Source: Ostreococcus lucimarinus
Taxonomy: Eukaryota
Strand: one strand, 5' to 3'
Assembly (NCBI GenBank): GCA_000092065.1
Contig: CP000581.1
Length of the DNA stretch: 64,000 nucleotides
Shown: piece after piece, positions 63,101 through 64,000 of the stretch
Layout of the letters: each line of letters begins with the position of its first letter
Position numbering within the stretch: position 1 is the stretch's first letter
Position numbers and translations under genes: made by a program
The notes under the pieces: model-generated
Databases searched by the model: none
The model's input: only the letters and a program-made list of their open reading frames with translations
Told to the model about the DNA's origin: nothing

Positions 63101-63487
63101 CGCGAAACGGATAAACTCGGCGTTCGCCGCGATGTCCTCCGGGGTCGCCATGGCCAAGAATTGAATTGCGTTTTCATCCCCGAACGTGTTAAACGCCCAA
63201 CGCCGCATCGAGAGAATGCTCTTCGTCGCCGCCATACCGTTGTTCGCGATCAACACCTTACGAATCACCCGTTTCCCTCCTCTTTCAGCCACATACTTGG
63301 CCAACGCATCCGCGCTCGACGCTGAAGCCGTGCTCGCCGCCGAATCCGCGACGGCGTCGCGCGCCTGCGCGTCGCCGCGCTTCGTCGCGCGCGCCACGCC
63401 GACGCGTCGCGCCGAGTCCGCCCTGCGCACGCACGCGCGCGCCGACGTCCCCTTCTTCACGTCACCCAAAACTACGCGCGCTCGCAC
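57197..63487 (-). CDS. ACC: Homomeric (multidomain) acetyl-CoA carboxylase.
   Basis: The 2096-aa product has biotin carboxylase (RKVLIANNGMAATKSILSMRRWAF, ATP-grasp), BCCP with EAMKMVMPL, a central region and the carboxyltransferase beta and alpha domains. A Ser/Ala-rich N-terminus may be a targeting peptide. Confidence 0.95.
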   Translation of the reverse strand: MRARVVLGDVKKGTSARACVRRADSARRVGVARATKRGDAQARDAVADSAASTASASSADALAKYVAERGGKRVIRKVLIANNGMAATKSILSMRRWAFNTFGDENAIQFLAMATPEDIAANAEFIRFADDYVEVPGGSNKNNYANVPLITEIAKREGVDAVWPGWGHASENPKLPTSLKAIGVQFIGPTAPVMSVLGDKIAANILAQTAKVPSIPWSGDGLVAELTEEGTIPEEIFNKAMVTTVEECVAAAKRIGFPVMLKASEGGGGKGIRMSADEEQLRTNFEQVKAEVPGSPMFMMQLCTQARHLEVQIVGDEYGNAIALNGRDCSTQRRFQKIFEEGPPTIAKPEIFREMEKAAQRLTKNIGYIGAGTVEYLYNAATDKYFFLELNPRLQVEHPVTEGITGVNLPATQLQVAMGIPLERIPEIRTFYGRDTETTDSIDFMEEDYILPQTHVIAARITAENPDEGFKPTSGGIERVQFQSTPNVWGYFSVGTNGGVHEFADSQFGHIFASGKTRNEARKALVLALKGMVVRGEIRTAVEYLVQLLETGEFKDNTIDTSWLDGLIAKKEIANKQDPHMIVVGAALFRAFNMAKAEESAFTEFWQKGQVSVQGVDKMIRFPVEITYQDTKYSFEVTRPGPDTFCIVTPEGQKIEAKLRERPDGALVGTFGGEQHEVEGLEEPLGLRMILDGQTWLLPNVFDPSELRTDVTGKLIRFLQDDGAEVVAGKPFAEVEAMKMVMPLIATESGNVSHAKSAGAVIEAGDLLASLELKDPSKVKKISTFSGALRIPADESTPAGPEEALEAAVARVNLLLDGYELDADECVSDLFNCLTALPADQGRWERATTVLEQIIQRYLSVESVFEGKPMDAVMQQLIRSNSSNLTPVLNQVRAHMRSKQRQDLILSLLKQAPTLPQRVLSRGPISWADDHAPISDSLRGNIEALSKLRGNEYGDIAVVASNILIERRLPSIDKRLEELKKILIGSQPLSRTWGKASAGGLQSLVESPTLAVDLLPALFADKDEKVQNAALEVYAKRVFRAHNVLSTAVSRDDGMTSISWQFKFNTFPDESPLRCGLLARVDNVAEAKSRFTAILDRLDATIKAAGASNDQMHVLHVAICQQSADDSLPGDLEAFIATQKPRLESMGIKFVNVLAYANLELPSYYTFHSSKDFKEDLLYRGERPTVAHLLELARLENYGLTRLPTVNRDLHMYVGESSVGARRGPAKHLLLRRLSHSKDVMEGGLERVLDKAVEALSLSLMDSRAKGASSSRIYVNFLPHLEEQNFSVAISSLKNKLADFISRESASLLARRVDEIEIRVRVGKEKVPLRLMATSMSGQWLKVDMYKEYLEPTTGKAEQFCMLGPNGEEQACFLEPYPQPGALQQKRAVARAIGTTYIFDFLGLFEKALVLDWRAHVADVGGTMPSEFFSASELVLGEDGVLTKEQRPAGSNNVGMVGWHCFMKTPEYPQGREIVIVGNDCTYMSGSFGVKEDDVYDAVSKYARNLGLPRVYIASNSGARIGLVEELKPYFKIAWIDDSNPGMGFKYLYLTPDDYKVFPEGTVAAEEIVEGGETRMKLTDIIGQIHGIGVENLRGSGMIAGEQSAAYADAFTLSYVTGRSVGIGAYLCRLGQRNIQMTNGPLILTGYLALNKLLGREVYTSQDQLGGPQVMMPNGVSHLQVSDDQEGVRSILKWLSYTPATSKSQAPALRTSDPVDRDIEFMPTKTPYDPRNMLAGVQSNGAFAKGFFDVNSWTETLPDWGKSVVTGRARLGGIPCGVIAVETRLMEQRIPADPANPESREAVLAQAGQVWFPDSAHKTATAIRDFNNAENLPLFIFANWRGFSGGTRDMYGEILKFGAMIVDELRVYRHPVFVYIPPNGELRGGAWVVVDPTINEARMEMYADKESRGGILEPPGICEVKFRSKDQIAAMHRLDPILANLAEDPEKNKDEIKKREANLLPMYTQVAHEFADLHDRSGRMKAKGVIRDVVEWQNARRYFHGRLTRRLAVDALASRIKEQLGDVELDKSIEALVEDAIAASGVNANDDRAVAALLENSSDKVMADVMVKGRAAQVAQFVSELKGLDAEALSAILAQM

Positions 63488-63766
63488 GAGTTCGCGTCCT
63501 CGTCAGTCTTCCGCTCTCCGCGTTCGCGCGCCGACCTAGGTTTCATCCACTCCACCTTATCGAATAACGGGATGCCGTTGGTTTCGATCGCGCGCGATCG
63601 CTCGTCGCCTCGCGCGCGCGCTTCGCCTCGCCGCGCGCATCGTTCGCCGCGCGAACAAAAAAACGTACACTTCGTCTTCGTCGATACCGCACGCGCGGCA
63701 CCGCACGCGCGCTGCGTCGCGGGCGCCATCTGTGTTTCGCACGCGCGCGACGTGAGTCACGGGGTT

Positions 63767-63808
63767 CGCTTTTCGCGCGTCGCTTTTCGCGCGTCGCTTT
63801 TCGCGCGC
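63767..63808. repeat. Tandem repeat of a 14-mer (cgcttttcgcgcgt), three copies, in the ACC upstream region.
   Basis: Direct reading: cgcttttcgcgcgt cgcttttcgcgcgt cgcttttcgcgcgc. Confidence 0.7.
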
Positions 63809-64000
63809 GCGCGATCGCCCGTCGTCGTCGCCTCGCGCGCGCGCCGCGCAGAATATTCCCGCGTCGACGCGCGCGGTCCGCGCCTCGCGACCGTCGTCGC
63901 GCGCGCGTCCGGCGCGCTCGACGCCGCGCGCCGGAGAGGTCACGCGCGTCGCGCGTCGCGCGTCTGCGTCCGACGTCGCGACGCCGCCGCGCCGTCGTCG

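Overview
This is a GC-rich (~65% by eye), very gene-dense nuclear eukaryotic window, not prokaryotic: there are no Shine-Dalgarno sites, operons, rRNA or CRISPR. I support about 38 protein genes plus one tRNA in 64 kb, roughly one gene per 1.7 kb. At least nine genes carry short spliceosomal introns. The gene content points to a green alga with a compact genome, most plausibly a Mamiellophyceae/Micromonas-like prasinophyte; that taxonomic call is inference only. The supporting genes are a plastid-type class I aldolase with an N-terminal targeting exon, two PsbP-domain proteins with twin-arginine signals, pullulanase/limit dextrinase, an algal-type fused glycolate dehydrogenase, a homomeric acetyl-CoA carboxylase (ACCase) and peptidoglycan-binding proteins. 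The remaining genes are conserved housekeeping functions: SKI2, PTH, TAF12, TRM112, a USP deubiquitinase, QTRT1, ECI, AHA1, ALKBH1, DHX15/Prp43, PSMB6, NAPRT, RAD18, COX5b, RPS13, MAD1, NAXE, eIF5A, NTF2, CIA2/MIP18, CD2BP2, MICU1 and ACC. The ORF track contains many long Arg/Ala-rich antisense or N-terminally over-extended ORFs, and at least some of its 'M' starts are GTG rather than ATG. These are artefacts of the GCG/CGC/GAC-rich codon usage, and I trimmed or rejected them. Structural highlights are these. Eight introns were resolved by eye. All begin GT (four with GTGCGC) and end AG (five with GCGCAG), and all carry a CTGAC/TGAC branch-point motif 20-40 nt upstream of the acceptor. At least ten gene pairs sit head-to-head, with 60-280 bp between start codons. 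A tRNA-Ala(AGC) lies at 34887-34959 with the G3:U70 identity pair. Four genes are worth follow-up: a plastid-targeted-looking protein with two peptidoglycan-binding domains, a 1675-aa NHL-repeat/IPT-TIG surface protein, a JmjC-cupin/nucleotidyltransferase fusion, and a highly acidic three-exon gene of unknown function. No mobile elements or prokaryote-style defence systems were seen.
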